Assembly (NCBI GenBank): GCA_964247055.1
Contig: OZ176051.1
Span: 4,774,001 to 4,838,000 of the forward strand
Length of the DNA: 64,000 nucleotides
Source of the DNA: Paragordius varius
Lineage: Eukaryota; Animalia; Nematomorpha
Direction: 5' to 3'
Part shown: positions 1-25,566 of the stretch, in pieces
How positions within the stretch are numbered: position 1 is the stretch's first letter
Layout: the number at the start of each line of letters is the position of its first letter
The notes under the pieces: generated by a model
Told to the model about the DNA's origin: nothing
Database searches by the model: none
Seen by the model: only the letters and a program-made list of their open reading frames with translations
Program-made: the position numbers and the translations under genes

Positions 1-290
1 TGGCTTTTGTTGCATCATTAAGTGCATATCCATAATTTTCAAGTTTGAGTTGAGCAAAACTTCTGTTTGCATAATATATGGCATTTTGCGGATCAATAGT
101 TAGAGCCTTATCATAATATTCTACCGCATGATTGTAATCCCCATCTAATTATAAAAAATCTTTAAATACTTTTAAAATAAAGATTTGCTTTATTTTTATA
201 ATCCTCGGCAAGATTTTTAGAGTTTGATTCGTCTTCGTTTTGTAAATCACCGTTTGCAAGATTTAGATTTTCCATACCCAAGTATACCAT
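1..290 (-). CDS. PPP5C: Ser/Thr protein phosphatase 5, N-terminal TPR region (partial; continues left of the window)
   Basis: Exons 290-170 and 144-<1 splice to MVYLGMENL...AEDYKNKANLYFKNGDYNHAVEYYDKALTIDPQNAIYYANRSFAQLKLENYGYALNDATKA, matching the PP5 TPR1-2 pattern (AEELK..AN.YFK..DY..A...Y..A....P.NAIYYGNRS.A.L..E.YGYAL.DA). Start could be ATG 290 or 275. Confidence 0.9.
145..169 (-). other. 25-nt GT-AG micro-intron (PP5 intron 1, phase 1)
   Basis: gtatttaaagattttttataattag; removal restores FK-N-GDY in register with the PP5 TPR; unspliced reading hits TAA. Confidence 0.85.
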
Positions 291-357
291 ATGTCAGGCA
301 GGTAAGTACCAAGGTAATAATGCTTAACAGATTGTAAAATTTTTATTCACAAAATTG

Positions 358-360
<3 letters not shown>

Positions 361-397
<37 letters not shown>
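361..397. repeat. (AT)n microsatellite
   Basis: Direct reading; similar (AT)n runs near 35577-35592, 38982-39003, 42636-42664 and 56369-56403. Confidence 0.95.
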
Positions 398-398
<1 letters not shown>

Positions 399-527
399 TA
401 ATAATAGAAAAACGTATCAGGATTATAAGGGCGATGGTATAAGCCCATAAGAGTGATTAAAAAAGGTTATTTAAATTTTTGTGGTAAACGGTCCACATTG
501 AAAAATGGCAAAATTTGAGCAAATTTT
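398..527 (+). mobile_element. Fragment of the ~1.15-kb Tc1/mariner-like non-autonomous family (family X)
   Basis: Matches the segments starting near 35597, 61230 and 62410 (tagaaaaatgtatcaggattatcatgg...gagtga...tttgtggtaa). Confidence 0.6.
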
Positions 528-1076
528 CATTTGGATATAACACATTCGTTTCAGTCCTTTGATTCAAATTGGGGTAGTTAGATACCCCAGACTTGTTTAA
601 AATTTTTATATCAAAAAATATGGAATAAATTAAAACCATGGAAAAGTTTCTCTTTATATAATTTAATAAACCGCAATATAATAAAAAATTCAAATACTTG
701 ATATTACTCATTCAAAGGTAAAACCCAAAGTAAAAATTTAGCCAACTTGACATAAATGCATAAGCTAAATACAATGTAAAATATAATAATAATTTTTTTG
801 TTATATTGTTAAATGTGATAAAAAAAGGTAAACGTTTTTAGGCTTATAATCAAATAAACACGATATTTTGCAAAAATTTTGTAAAATCGAAATGGCGTCC
901 AAGTAGTTTGATAAAAAGCTTTTTTTCAAAACTCAATTTGTCCTATATATTTTGGCTTATTTATTTTATATTAGGATAGAACCATAAGTTTAAATAGGGC
1001 CATTCTATTCGGTAGTTTTTCATACCAATTTAAAAATGGTCTGGGGTATTTAGATACCCCAATTTTAATCGAAGTG
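528..1076 (+). mobile_element. piggyBac-like MITE (degenerate left end)
   Basis: Right end CTGGGGTATTTAGATACCCCAATTTTAATCGAAGTG followed by TTAA (1077-1080); body homologous to 34425-34995 and 63009-63587. Confidence 0.8.
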
Positions 1077-3154
1077 TTAAAAAACGTTTAATTTTAAAAA
1101 AAAAGGTCGTGTCAAACTGTTTCAGCAATTCAATGGCAAGTTTTTTGTGAGATAACCGTGTATGGATTCTGCGGCTAAAAGTTGAGTTAATATAAAATTA
1201 TTTATATTTATCAATAATAATTAGGATAGAAAAAATACAACAACGCTAAATTAAATACTTTTTAGGCTATGCCTTCTTAATGCTAATGTTTGCCTACGTT
1301 TAAACCAAAGTGCCCATATGCGCGAGCCTTTAAAAAAATTTACGGAATCGCGAAAAATTGAAATAAAAACAAACAAATTGAACATTTTATAATACTAGAA
1401 AAAATAGGAAAAATAAAGTTTATATCATCTTCTCTAAAATATTTTTTAATAAATTATTTATTTTATCTATTTTGTTTATTAAAACCATCGATCGTTTGCC
1501 GTATTACCGTTAGGTTTTTATATATTCCACACATAATTCCCAGATATATTGTATGCGTAGATTTTTCACAGCCTCATGATTAATAAATATAGTCGACAAA
1601 TTTGGTTTTTAAGCATCCCCACTCAAATTTTTGAATTTTGACTTATTTCAGTGTTCTATAACCGAATCTGAAAAAATTGATCCCCCAATCGGAATTTTGA
1701 GATATTACAGGTTTTTCAATTATCTAAAAACAAGAAAAAATAGACATAAAATCAAATATTTATAATAAAAAGTTATTATATTATAAAATTTGTATCATTT
1801 AATAAAGCCTTTCTGTTCTTTGATTATGAATATGTCTTTATAATATCAGGGAGAAAAAAATGGTACGGGTATAATCGTTAAAATTAAGTGTTTTTTAAAG
1901 CTAATTTTAAACAGGTATAAATTTATATTAAAAAAATACTAAAAAAGGCATTTTGTAATTTAAACCTTCGGCTTTCAGGCTATATTTATTTTGTTAGTTT
2001 GGTTATTTTTAGTAATTATTAGGATTTTTCTCTTTGGTTGTTTCTTAAAATCCTGTTATATATACCTAGTGTATATTATTTATTTTGAAAATGATTGATT
2101 GCGGTAAAATTTGAATTTCAGATGGATATTGGGCATCCACTTTTATTACCTGGATAATGGATATACTACCATAATTTTATAAACTACAATATGACCACTT
2201 GAACTTATCTAATCTTCTTATCGGATTTAATGGTCAAATTTGTCTAACTCTATTCTGTGAATTGGTTAATTTGACAGGTCAATTTCCCTGTTTTTTGCTG
2301 AAGTTAACTACGATATATTATCTGCAGGTCTCTCCAAGGGCTCTATGATCACCTCATTGTGAGCTTGTACAGGCCGCCCAGATCTATAACACCACACCAT
2401 ACATGGGCCCTTTTAGATTTTTTATATTTTTAATTTTTAATACTCTTTAGCTCTTAGCAATTTATTTTGATTCTATATTCTTAAAGTTTCGTATTCTCTT
2501 TTATTTAATACATAGAATTTTTAATTAATATATTTAATAAATGATATTTATTTATTTTTTATTGTCTATTTCTATGTGGAATAACAAGCCAGTTCGATAA
2601 GACGTATTTGTCCTGCAAAAGAGATAAAAAACCCTCAGGAGCGATTTTGGACAGTTTAATTTCAATATAAAGATCGTTTTATAAAGTTTGATTATATGGA
2701 TCATCATAAACATTTTCTGTAAAATCTTCGTTAATAAAAAAATCTTCTGTGGTATCGTATACTGGGGCTTGTATATTTGGATCATTTTTGCATTTTTTTT
2801 CTAAAATTATAATGAAAAACCTGTCTTTGGAGTACCACTTATATCGAATTTCTCGTTAAAATATTTAAATATATATACACGAGGAATAATTGTTTTTTTA
2901 AATTAAATACAAAATTAAAAATTAATTTTACAAAAATCCTATTGGTGGTCTCATTTTTTTTGTTTTGGCCTTTCCACATTAGGTAACAGAAAATGCAAAA
3001 AATGGGGTGGTGCAAAACCTTGTTGAGCAGTGTAATGAAATGTTAATTGATGTCCATTTATATTTTTGCAATGGGGCCCGTCAATTTTTTTGAGCTAAAA
3101 ATGCGGTCCGCGAATCTTTGTTGGACATCCATGGTTTAAACATTTAATATATGA

Positions 3155-5992
3155 TAGCACAAATCTCGTGCTGCTACGCAGCCCGAGGAAGTTCTTCGGA
3201 CTTCTGGGGGTATTTAAAAAAAGGGACAATAAAATGATATACATATGTGGATCATTTCGAAACATTATTTAAAGCTATGATCTCATAGGTATTTCAAAAC
3301 GGTGCATTCATATTAATATATTGTTTACTTGGGCGAAAAATAGATTCAAAAAATTATTTGACTTAATTTTTTGAAAAAAATGGCATTTTACGGGGGGAGG
3401 GAGTAAAAAGAGGGCCTAAATTAAAAAAGCGAGCCGACCATGTTCGGTGCAATCGAAAATAAGTAAAAGAAAATCAGATTTGAAATCGAATGGTCACGTT
3501 TTCCGGAAAATTGTCTCAAAGACACGATTTTTGCGGACTTGTGTTTTCAAAAAAACCCGTTTTTTACACGGAGTGGACCCGAACTGGGGACCTAATTCAA
3601 AAAAGGGCGATGCTATTGTCGGGGCGTTCATTAATGATTATATTTTTTCGACATTTGGATTTGAATGGGTCTACCGATTTTCCGGAAACAGATCACAAAG
3701 CCACCACTTTCCATTTTTATAAATATACTAGCGTGAATCTCGTGCTGCTACGCAGCCCGAGGAAGTCCTTCGGACTTCTGGGGGGGGGGGGGGGGGGGGG
3801 TATCGAAGTTTGGATTTGAATGGGTATAACGTTTTTCCTGTAGATCACAAAGCCAGCATTTTCCATTTTTATAAATATATAGATTACCATAAATAATGTT
3901 TTAATATCCATATATCTTTTAACATGCTATACATATGATAGATACTCCTTACTCAGCATCTATCATTAAAGAAACGCTTGACTAAAATTTTTGCCTTTTA
4001 ACAGGCAATACGAAAAATCTTTCTCGAATTTTCACAGTCTCATACCTAGGGCGAAAAATCGATTTAAAAAATTATTTTTGTGGACTTTGTTTTTTGAAAA
4101 AGGTGGCATTTTACGGGGGTAGCGGGTAAAAAGAGGGCCTAAATCAAAAAAGTGACTCGACTATGTTCGGCGCAATCGAAAATAAGTAAACAAAAATCAT
4201 ATTTGAAATTGAATGGTCCAACACGTTCTCCAAAAAATTGACTTAACCCATTTTTCACACGGGGTGGGCCCAAACTGGGGACCTAATTCCAAAAAAGGGC
4301 GAAGCTATAGTCGGGGCATTCATTAATGATTAAATTTTTTCGATGTTTGGATTTGAATGGCTTCACCGGTTTTCCGGAAACAGATCACAAAGTTATATGA
4401 AAAATCAGTTTTTAGCGGGTAGCTCCTTACCAAGCAGCTATCATCAAATAAACGGTGGACTAAAATTTTTGCCTTTTAACAGGGAATACGTGGAATCCAT
4501 ATTGAATTTTTACGGTCTCATACCTAGGGCGAAAAATCGATTTAGAAAATTATTTTTGTGGACTTTGTTTTTTGAAAAAGGTGGCATTTTACGGGGGGAG
4601 CGGGTAAAAAGAGGGCCTAAATCAAAAAAGTGGCTCGGCTATGTTCAGCGCAATCGAAAATAACTAAATAAAAATCATATTTAAAATTGAATGGTCCAAC
4701 ACGTTCTCCGGAAAATTGTCTCAAAAACACGATTTTGTGGACTTCTGTTTTCAAAAAAAAACCCGTTTTTCATACGGGGTGGGCCCGAACTGGGGGCCTA
4801 TTTCAAAAAAAGGGCGAAGCTATTGTCGGGACATTTATTAATGATTATATTTTTTCGATATTTGGATTTGATTGAGTCTACCGGTTTTCCTGTACCAGAT
4901 CACAAAGCCAGCATTTTCCATTTTTATAAATATATAGATGAGGATAAATAATGTATTAATATCCATATATCTTTTAACATGCTATGCATATGATAGATAC
5001 TCCTTACTCAGCATCTATCATCAAAGAAACGCTTGACTAAAATTTTTGCCTTTTAACAGGCAATACGAAAAATCTTTCTCGAATTTTTACAGTCTCATAC
5101 CTAGGGCGAAAAATCGATTTAGAAAATTATTTTTGTGGACTTTGTTTTTTGAAAAAAATGGCATTTTACGGGGGTAGCGGGTAAAAAGAGGGCCTAAATC
5201 AAAAAAGTGGCTCGACTATGTTCAGCGCGATCAAAAATAAGTAAACAAAATTCATATTTGAAATTGAATGGTCCAACACGTTCTCCAAAAAATTGACTTA
5301 ACCCAATTTTCACACGGGGTGGGCCCGAACTGGGGACCTAATTCCAAAAAAGGGCGAAGCTATTGTCGGGGCATTCACTAATGATTATATTTTTTCGATA
5401 TTTGGATTTGATTGGGATCACCGGTTTTCCGGAAACAGTTCACAAAGTTATATGAAAAATCAGTTTTTAGCGGGTAGCTTTTTACCCAGCAGCTATCATC
5501 AAATAAACGGTGGACTAAAATTTTTGCCTTTTAACAGGGAATACGTGGAATCTTTATTGAATTTTTACGGTCTCATACCTAGGGCGAAAAATCGATTTAG
5601 AAAATTATTTTTGTGGACTTTGTTTTTTGAAAAAGGTGGCATTTTACGGGGGGAGCGGGTAAAAAGAGGGCCTAAATCAAAAAAGTGGCTCGGCTATGTT
5701 CAGCGCAATCGAAAATAACTAAATAAAAATCATATTTAAAATTGAATGGTCCAACACGTTCTCCGGAAAATTGTCTCAAAAACACGATTTTGTGGACTTC
5801 TGTTTTCAAAAAAAACCCGTTTTTCATACGGGGTGGGCCCGAACTGGGGGCCTATTTCAAAAAAAGGGCGAAGCTATTGTCGGGACATTTATTAATGATT
5901 ATATTTTTTCGATATTTGGATTTGATTGAGTCTACCGGTTTTCCTGTACCAGATCACAAAGCCAGCATTTTCCATTTTTATAAATATATAGA
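3155..5992 (-). mobile_element. Non-autonomous Helitron cluster with internal tandem array
   Basis: On minus, 5' ends A|TCTATATATTTATAAAAATGG at 5992, 4938 and 3883; 3' end hairpin (CTCGTGCTGC-TAC-GCAGCCCGAG, 3739-3761) then CTAG (3728-3731); second 3' end near 3155-3190; ~1055-bp tandem period with five copies of a ~400-bp core. Confidence 0.8.
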
Positions 5993-6299
5993 TAAATTAT
6001 GTAATTTTTTGGTGCATCACTGTTATATAAAGGCAAGCTTTTGTATTTTGTAAAATGTTAGATTTTTACCACAAAAATAAATATTTTAAGTAAGTATATT
6101 TTCGCCCACTTATAAGACTATGCAAAATTTGGTATCATAAGAAAAAATATTTTAGCTTTCTTTGAAATGCACCACAATTATAAAATGTTGTGGCTTTAAA
6201 GTCAATTTGCGAAAAAATAAGGCCTAAAGATTTAATAAGGGTTTTGCTATTTCCCTTATACCGGCAAAAAAATTAAATGCTTAAATAAGCCGCTGGTTA

Positions 6300-6890
6300 C
6301 CTCTCCATCTACAATACGCCATTATCAAATAAAAACATGGCTTTCGAGCAATTATAATCCATATTAGATATAATCAAATGGTTTAAGTTCCAGGTAAGGA
6401 AGCAAAAATTTGGTTGAATGCTCTCACATAAACTTTGGGGAGGCTTCGCTTACCCTTTGTTAAATAGGCCAATATAATAAACTAATGTTACTTGAAATCA
6501 TTTTTCGGAAAGCGAGCCATATTAATATTTTCTATTTAAAGAAAAAAATTAGTCAGGAATTGGTTTAATTTAGCACATGGTTAGAGCCGACCCTTATGTT
6601 AAATACGTTACCATAAGCTGTTTTTCGAAAGAGACTATATGTATTTAATAATGAAGTTGGTTATTTCCCATTTAGATGTAAGACATATGATAAGCTCTAG
6701 CCCATAGTTTGAACTGCACCCTATGTTAAACGCGCCACCATATAAAGTTAGAAGCATTTTTCAGAAAGCTTATAGTGCCGTATAAATTAATTATTTGCTA
6801 TTTAAAAGTAAAAACTAAAGTCAAGAGCTTTTTTTAAATTACTACATGGATAGTGCTGCATCTTATGTTAAATACGATTCCACATAAAAA
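6300..6890. repeat. Degenerate ~130-140-bp tandem repeat
   Basis: Anchor TGTTAAA(T/C) at 6458, 6597, 6724 and 6866; related anchors at 38667, 38798 and 38933. Confidence 0.55.
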
Positions 6891-7007
6891 GCATGTGATT
6901 ATTGTGCTTTCGCAAAAAAAATCTTCCATGGATTTTCTGATGAGATCTCAATTAAGTCAGAGCGACGCGTGATAGGGCATAGCTATTAACTGTAAAAAGT
7001 TATATTT

Positions 7008-7075
7008 ATATAGACTTTATTCAAATCAATTCATATAGATTCAAATCAATTTATATAGACTTTATTCAAATCAAA
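7008..7075. repeat. Short tandem duplication (atttatatagactttattcaaatcaa x2)
   Basis: Direct reading, downstream of the ALK stop. Confidence 0.7.
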
Positions 7076-7513
7076 TGTTTACAATAATTTTTATGTACAA
7101 ATTTACACATTTAATCCACTATCGATATTGATTGCATAGAATTTTGATTGTGGATATTATAACTATATATTTATCTACATCATTCTAATTTTACAACAAA
7201 ATAAATCAAAAAAGAAATAGATGATAGATACAGTTTAAAAATATTTAGAAGTAATGATTAATTATTCAAAAAAAATTATTGCCACTGCGTTATAGTAAGT
7301 TAAATTGTCAAATAGATATATAAAATCATATAAAAACTGTATTTATCATTCCAATTTTTTATCATATTTACATAATCACTGTTGTAAAAAACTTTTTTAA
7401 ATTAAATATCCGTATACTTGCTACATTGTAATTTAATATGCTAAATGCTTTGATTACAATAAAATTTTAAGAATATTTTTTAATGAAACATGGGTGGAAT
7501 TATTTTACCATTG

Positions 7514-20387
<12,874 letters not shown>

Positions 20388-22102
20388 AATCGCTACAAAA
20401 TATGCCAAGTTTCAATAAATTATTTCACCATTTTAACCGATAAGATAGAAGAGACGGATCAAATATTTGGTAATCAACCGATGAATGATAACTTTAGGTT
20501 TTTTTTTCAATAAATTTTTATTATCAAAATATTAAAATTAACATGTGAATAATGACTTGTCAATATAAAAAATCGATTTAATGTCGATACCAATCAGTTT
20601 TTACAAAACAAATGAAACAATGGATAATAACAAAATATCATGTATATATAATATATTCCATTGGAATCTCAAATATATTTCGGATTTAACGATTAAAGTT
20701 TTTCATGTTTAATTTTTTAACTGTTATTTATATATTTACAACTTAACTTTTAGTTTAAAAAAATAAAAGTTGTTTATTTTATTAATATTATATGTATATT
20801 TTACAATATCCAAGCACATTTTTTACGCATATATAAAAATAAAATATGCACATCTTCTCTTCTTCTTATTGTTAAAACAATATCAAAAAATGATAAAATA
20901 TACTACCATTTGTGCTTTTCCCGTGTACAATAATGTTAACTCTGTAATAACAATTAAAAAATTTAACGAGAGAACCATTTAATATCTAAGTGAATTTATA
21001 TAAAAACTTTTTCCGAATCTTAAATAAAAGTTAAAACAACCCTTAAATATTCTGTTTTATAGTTTTTTTGTAACCACACCTATTCCTTCATATTTAGGGT
21101 TAAAATATTCATTTCTTTCAATGCCTAACTGTCAACTTTAAAATCCATATAAAAATTCTTTAAATATTTTTAATTATATCTCTGTATAAACATTCTTTAA
21201 AGAACCATTTGTGGTTTTAGATAATATTAAAATAGGGATTGAATAAAATTTTATCTATCGGATTCATCTCTTCTCTAAAATATGCGCAGGCATAGTAACA
21301 TTAGTACACATTCCGATATTTTTTTTAATAATATAAATAATGAATATCAAAATATTTGATATTAAGCACCTGGTGGTTTCTGCTTTATACAATTTTAAAA
21401 ACCAATTCATACTTTTTTCAATCACTTCCTTCCTCTTATAAATATATAGTTGTCATATACTATGTATAACCAAAAGTCAAAAGTTTCAATTTTTTTAAGT
21501 TTATATCACAGTAGCGTATAGTAAAAAACAACGAATGGTTTAATTAAAACATTTTTTCTCTTTATACTTTAATATTGATTTTGTTGTTTGAGTTGACTAG
21601 CATATTTTATATCAAACGCTACTGTAATGTTTATGTATCTCATATTACTTTATTATCTGTCACTAAATTTATTGACTTAAATGCTCTCAATAAAATCAAA
21701 ATTATATATTAACATTTTACATTAATTAAAATTGAAGTAATGGGACTATATTTCATCCGAATTTATTTAAGGTTTTTTGATATTAAAATATTGATGGTTG
21801 TATAAACTAATAAACATTTATCAAATTGTAATTTCATTACCAAAAAACCTACAATATACAGCCTGATTTTCCCCTTTTTTTCAAGGTGGGTACTTAATTT
21901 AGACCTAAACTTTACACTCGTCTGTCCAGGGCTGACTTGAAAATTTAAAATTGTGCAGTTTCGATGTTAAGAACATGACACCGTCTATGTATTGTATGGG
22001 AGTCTGATTAACCATTTTACCCACGCCTTCAAATATTAGATACATTTTTCTAAATTAAAATAAAGAATTATAATGCAAGTTGATGAAAATGAATGTTACG
22101 AT

Positions 22103-23012
22103 TCATATATATATTTATAAAAATGGAAAATACTGGCTTTGTGATCTGGTACCGGAAAACCGGTAGACCCATTCAAATCTAAACTTTAAAAAAATCTAAT
22201 CATTAATGAATGCCCCGACAATAGTCTTTGCCCTTTTTTTGAATTAGGCCACAATTTTCCGGAGAACATGTTGGACCATTCAGTTTCAAATATGATTTTT
22301 GTTTACTTATTTTTGATCGCGCCGAACATAGTCGACTCACTTTTTTGATTTAGGCCCTCTTTTTACCCGCTACCCCCGTAAAATGCTATTTTTGTCAAAA
22401 AAACAAAGTCCACAAAAATAATTTTTTATATCTATTTTTCGCCCTAGGTATGAGACCGTAAAAATTCAATATGGTAGATCCATTCAAATCCAAACATCAA
22501 AAAAATATAATCATTAATGAATGCCCCGACAATAGCTTCGCCCTTTTTTAAAATAGGCCCCCAGTTCGGGCCCACCCCGTGTAAAAAACGGTTTTTTTTA
22601 AAACAGAAATCCACAAAAATCATGTCTTTGAGACAATTTTCTGGAGAACTTTGTTGGATCATTCAATTTCAAATATAATTTTTGTTCACTTATTTTCGAT
22701 TGTGCCGAACATAGTCGTCTCGCTTTTTTAATTTAGACCCTCTTTTTACCCGCTTCCCCCGTAAAATGCCATTTTTTCAAAAAACAAAGTCCACAAAAAT
22801 ATTTTTTTAAATCTATTTTTCCCCTAAGTAAACAATAAATTAGTATGAATGCACCGTTTTAAAATTCCTATGAGATCATAGCTATTAAATAATGTTTCGA
22901 AATAATCCACATATGTGGATCATTTTATTGTCCCTTTTTTCAAATACCCCCCCCCCCCCCCAGAAGTCCGAAGGACTTCCTGGGCTGCGTAGCAGCACGA
23001 GATTTACGCTAG
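22103..23012 (+). mobile_element. Non-autonomous Helitron (~0.9 kb)
   Basis: Starts TCATATATATATTTATAAAAATGG; ends GCTGCGTAGCAGC hairpin-ACGAGATTTACGCTAG|T; body is the reverse complement of the 3.2-6.0 kb cores. Confidence 0.8.
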
Positions 23013-25566
23013 TAAACAATAAAAAATATAATAAGTGGATGTTTCTCTCATATAAATATATCTTAGTTTTAAGGATGTTTAGCCTCTTTATCATGGGGCG
23101 TGAAAAAATGGATCATTCAAAATCAAGAAACTGAATTTACAAAATCAAGTGTTTCATAGCATAATAATATTTTAGAGAAACTTTTTTGGGAAGCCATTAA
23201 AAAACGAAGGTGAAGTTTATTCCGCATTATTTTTTCATTTATAAACGTAATTACATAATTGAAATCTCGGTTAACACAATAAATGATCAATAAAATACTA
23301 AAAAATTATTTTGCTGTGTTGGTACATATATCATTGATGGCACTCCTACTTCCCAATCGTTTAGATTTTAAAATTGAAAATCAAGATATTCTAAATCAAA
23401 ATCTTACTAAAATTTGGGTAAAACAAAATAGGCTGACCAAAATCAAAAGTTTTAACCTGGCATCTGCCGAATAAAACAGCTTGATACACTGTGTATTAGG
23501 TTTATTTACCTCACATGGCAGACATGCTTAATTTTATTTTAGGTATTAAAAAATCTTTTGAGGTTATACTTTTCATTTTAGGATATACCCTAGAAAAATA
23601 GGAAAATATAAATATACCAATGATAAATTTTAAAAATCAAAATACCCCCAATTTATTGATGCTAAAAACTTATTGGTTTGAGGGTATTAATAAACTTGCA
23701 AAATAAAATTTAATAACGAGTGGAACTAGTTTTGATAAATAAATTTATGTAAAAGGTGATAAAATAATAAAATACTTGGTATATATTAAATAGATGTCTC
23801 CTTTATCAATATGAAAGTATATTTAAAGATTAAGTTTCTAGATTTTACACAACACGGTTATGGTATCACTTTCAAAGAACCACTCTGGTTTAAATTTTAA
23901 TAATTTTAAAAACATCTCTATTCTATTTTGTAATTTTAACGCTTTCGTTCCACCAGCCTTTTGGTTCTATATTCCAAAATAGGTGGTTCCTATATTTAAT
24001 TTTTTTTCAATAAAATTATTGAAAGTGCAACGTTTCTAAAGAATTTAAGCTCTTTATACTTTTTTTGGGTTGTCAACTATCCTAAAGTTGTTACGATTTC
24101 AATATAAAATCTATGATATATTTTTATAACATTTTTATCTATTAATATTTTTATTATAAAATTTGGTAGTTTTGTAGCAAGAAGCTTAACCTTGAAAAAC
24201 TTATATTTTAAAATTTGTTTTAGTTATTATTTAGTAATCAAACATTGTTTTTGTATTAAATAAAAAAAACTGATATTTTTTAGAGTTTTCGAACTTCTTG
24301 AGTCCAAAATTGGGATAGTTTTTAAACTTAAGAAACAAACAGCTGGTTTTTTTTAAGATAAATTTAAAAAATTTGCCAATAATGTATAATTAGAAATATT
24401 TTTAAAAAATTAACTATTTATCAATAAAATACATTTATTTGCTTATTCTGTAAGCCTTCAAAAAAATCTAAAGAAAAATGTAGTTGAAAAATTTGAGATG
24501 AGGTTTCTTTTAATCTATTTCATTGCTGATAACAATTAAATAATTTTAAAGTAAAAATTAAAACCTTTCGGGACAAAACTACTCCCAAAAAATAATAAAA
24601 TGTTAAAAGTTTCGTTTGCCTGTAATTTAAGATAAAGATAAATTTATTTTTCACAAATAATGCACCTAAATTCAAACATAACAAAATATCAGAGGTCAAA
24701 AATATTAAGAATAATTAAATTACTTTAAAACTGTAATAATAATATCTTAAAGCGTTTTATACCGGTTCTAACATGTTTTGAAATTTAATAAAATGCGGTT
24801 CAATAAATATTGATGAGATTAATTTAGCGAAGTATCTATTCTTCGACAAAAGAGTTTCCGTTTAATTATCCCTATTAAATGAGCCTAAAAATTAGAGCAT
24901 TTCGGAACACACTTCTAAACATCAAAATGTAATAATTTGTTTCGATTTTTAAACGTAGTATAATACTTATTCGGATGAAGCATAATTTTTACAATTTTAT
25001 TTTGCACTATGTGATTAAATTTGGCGATATTTAGATGAACCGATAAGGAAAATAGATAATATAACTTACTTACAGTATTCTAAAGGATCAAAAGCAACTC
25101 TAAAATCTACAGTTCTTCACTAAATATAGATCATATGAGGCTTTTTGTTATATCCCTTGTGATTTAATCATAAGTATACAAGTTTTAAACTCTGAGACAA
25201 TACACACCTCGATATGTATCCCATATAAAAAAAGTAGGAAAGTGTTAATTAAACAAATATTATAATATAATAATTATGTGGTCTTTCGCATAATTTTCGT
25301 ATTATATTACATTATTATCTGTTACAAAAACTCTTGGCTTTAATTTTATTAAAATTGTATGCATATAAATAACTATGATAAAGTGAAACGATAATCCAAA
25401 AAATAAAAAAATTTACAAAATAATCATATGGAAACTTGCTATGCTAGGCTTACTTTTAATATATAGCGCGAATCGGCCGGTAAATCCAAGGTTATAATTA
25501 TCTGCGTGAATATAACTAAATAATAAAGTTTAATAATTAATGACTTATATCATAGTTAAAAATTAA

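Noticed and set aside
292-312. U1 snRNA 5' end (TACTTACCTG on minus)
   Set aside because: Only ~10 nt match; no U1 stem-loops or Sm site follow, and it runs into the PP5 coding start.
1500-2420. Tc1/mariner transposase or LINE endonuclease remnant (HVWCGV, WGCLK, IVSLYRPP-like peptides)
   Set aside because: Short isolated motifs on inconsistent strands and spacing with many stops; not supportable without a profile search.
3155-5992. CRISPR-like array or protein-coding repeats (ORFs 4343..4663, 5452..5718, 4691..4951, 5742..6053)
   Set aside because: Units are 0.5-1 kb with no unique spacers, there are no cas genes, Helitron termini are present, and the ORFs are incidental frames in duplicated non-coding DNA.
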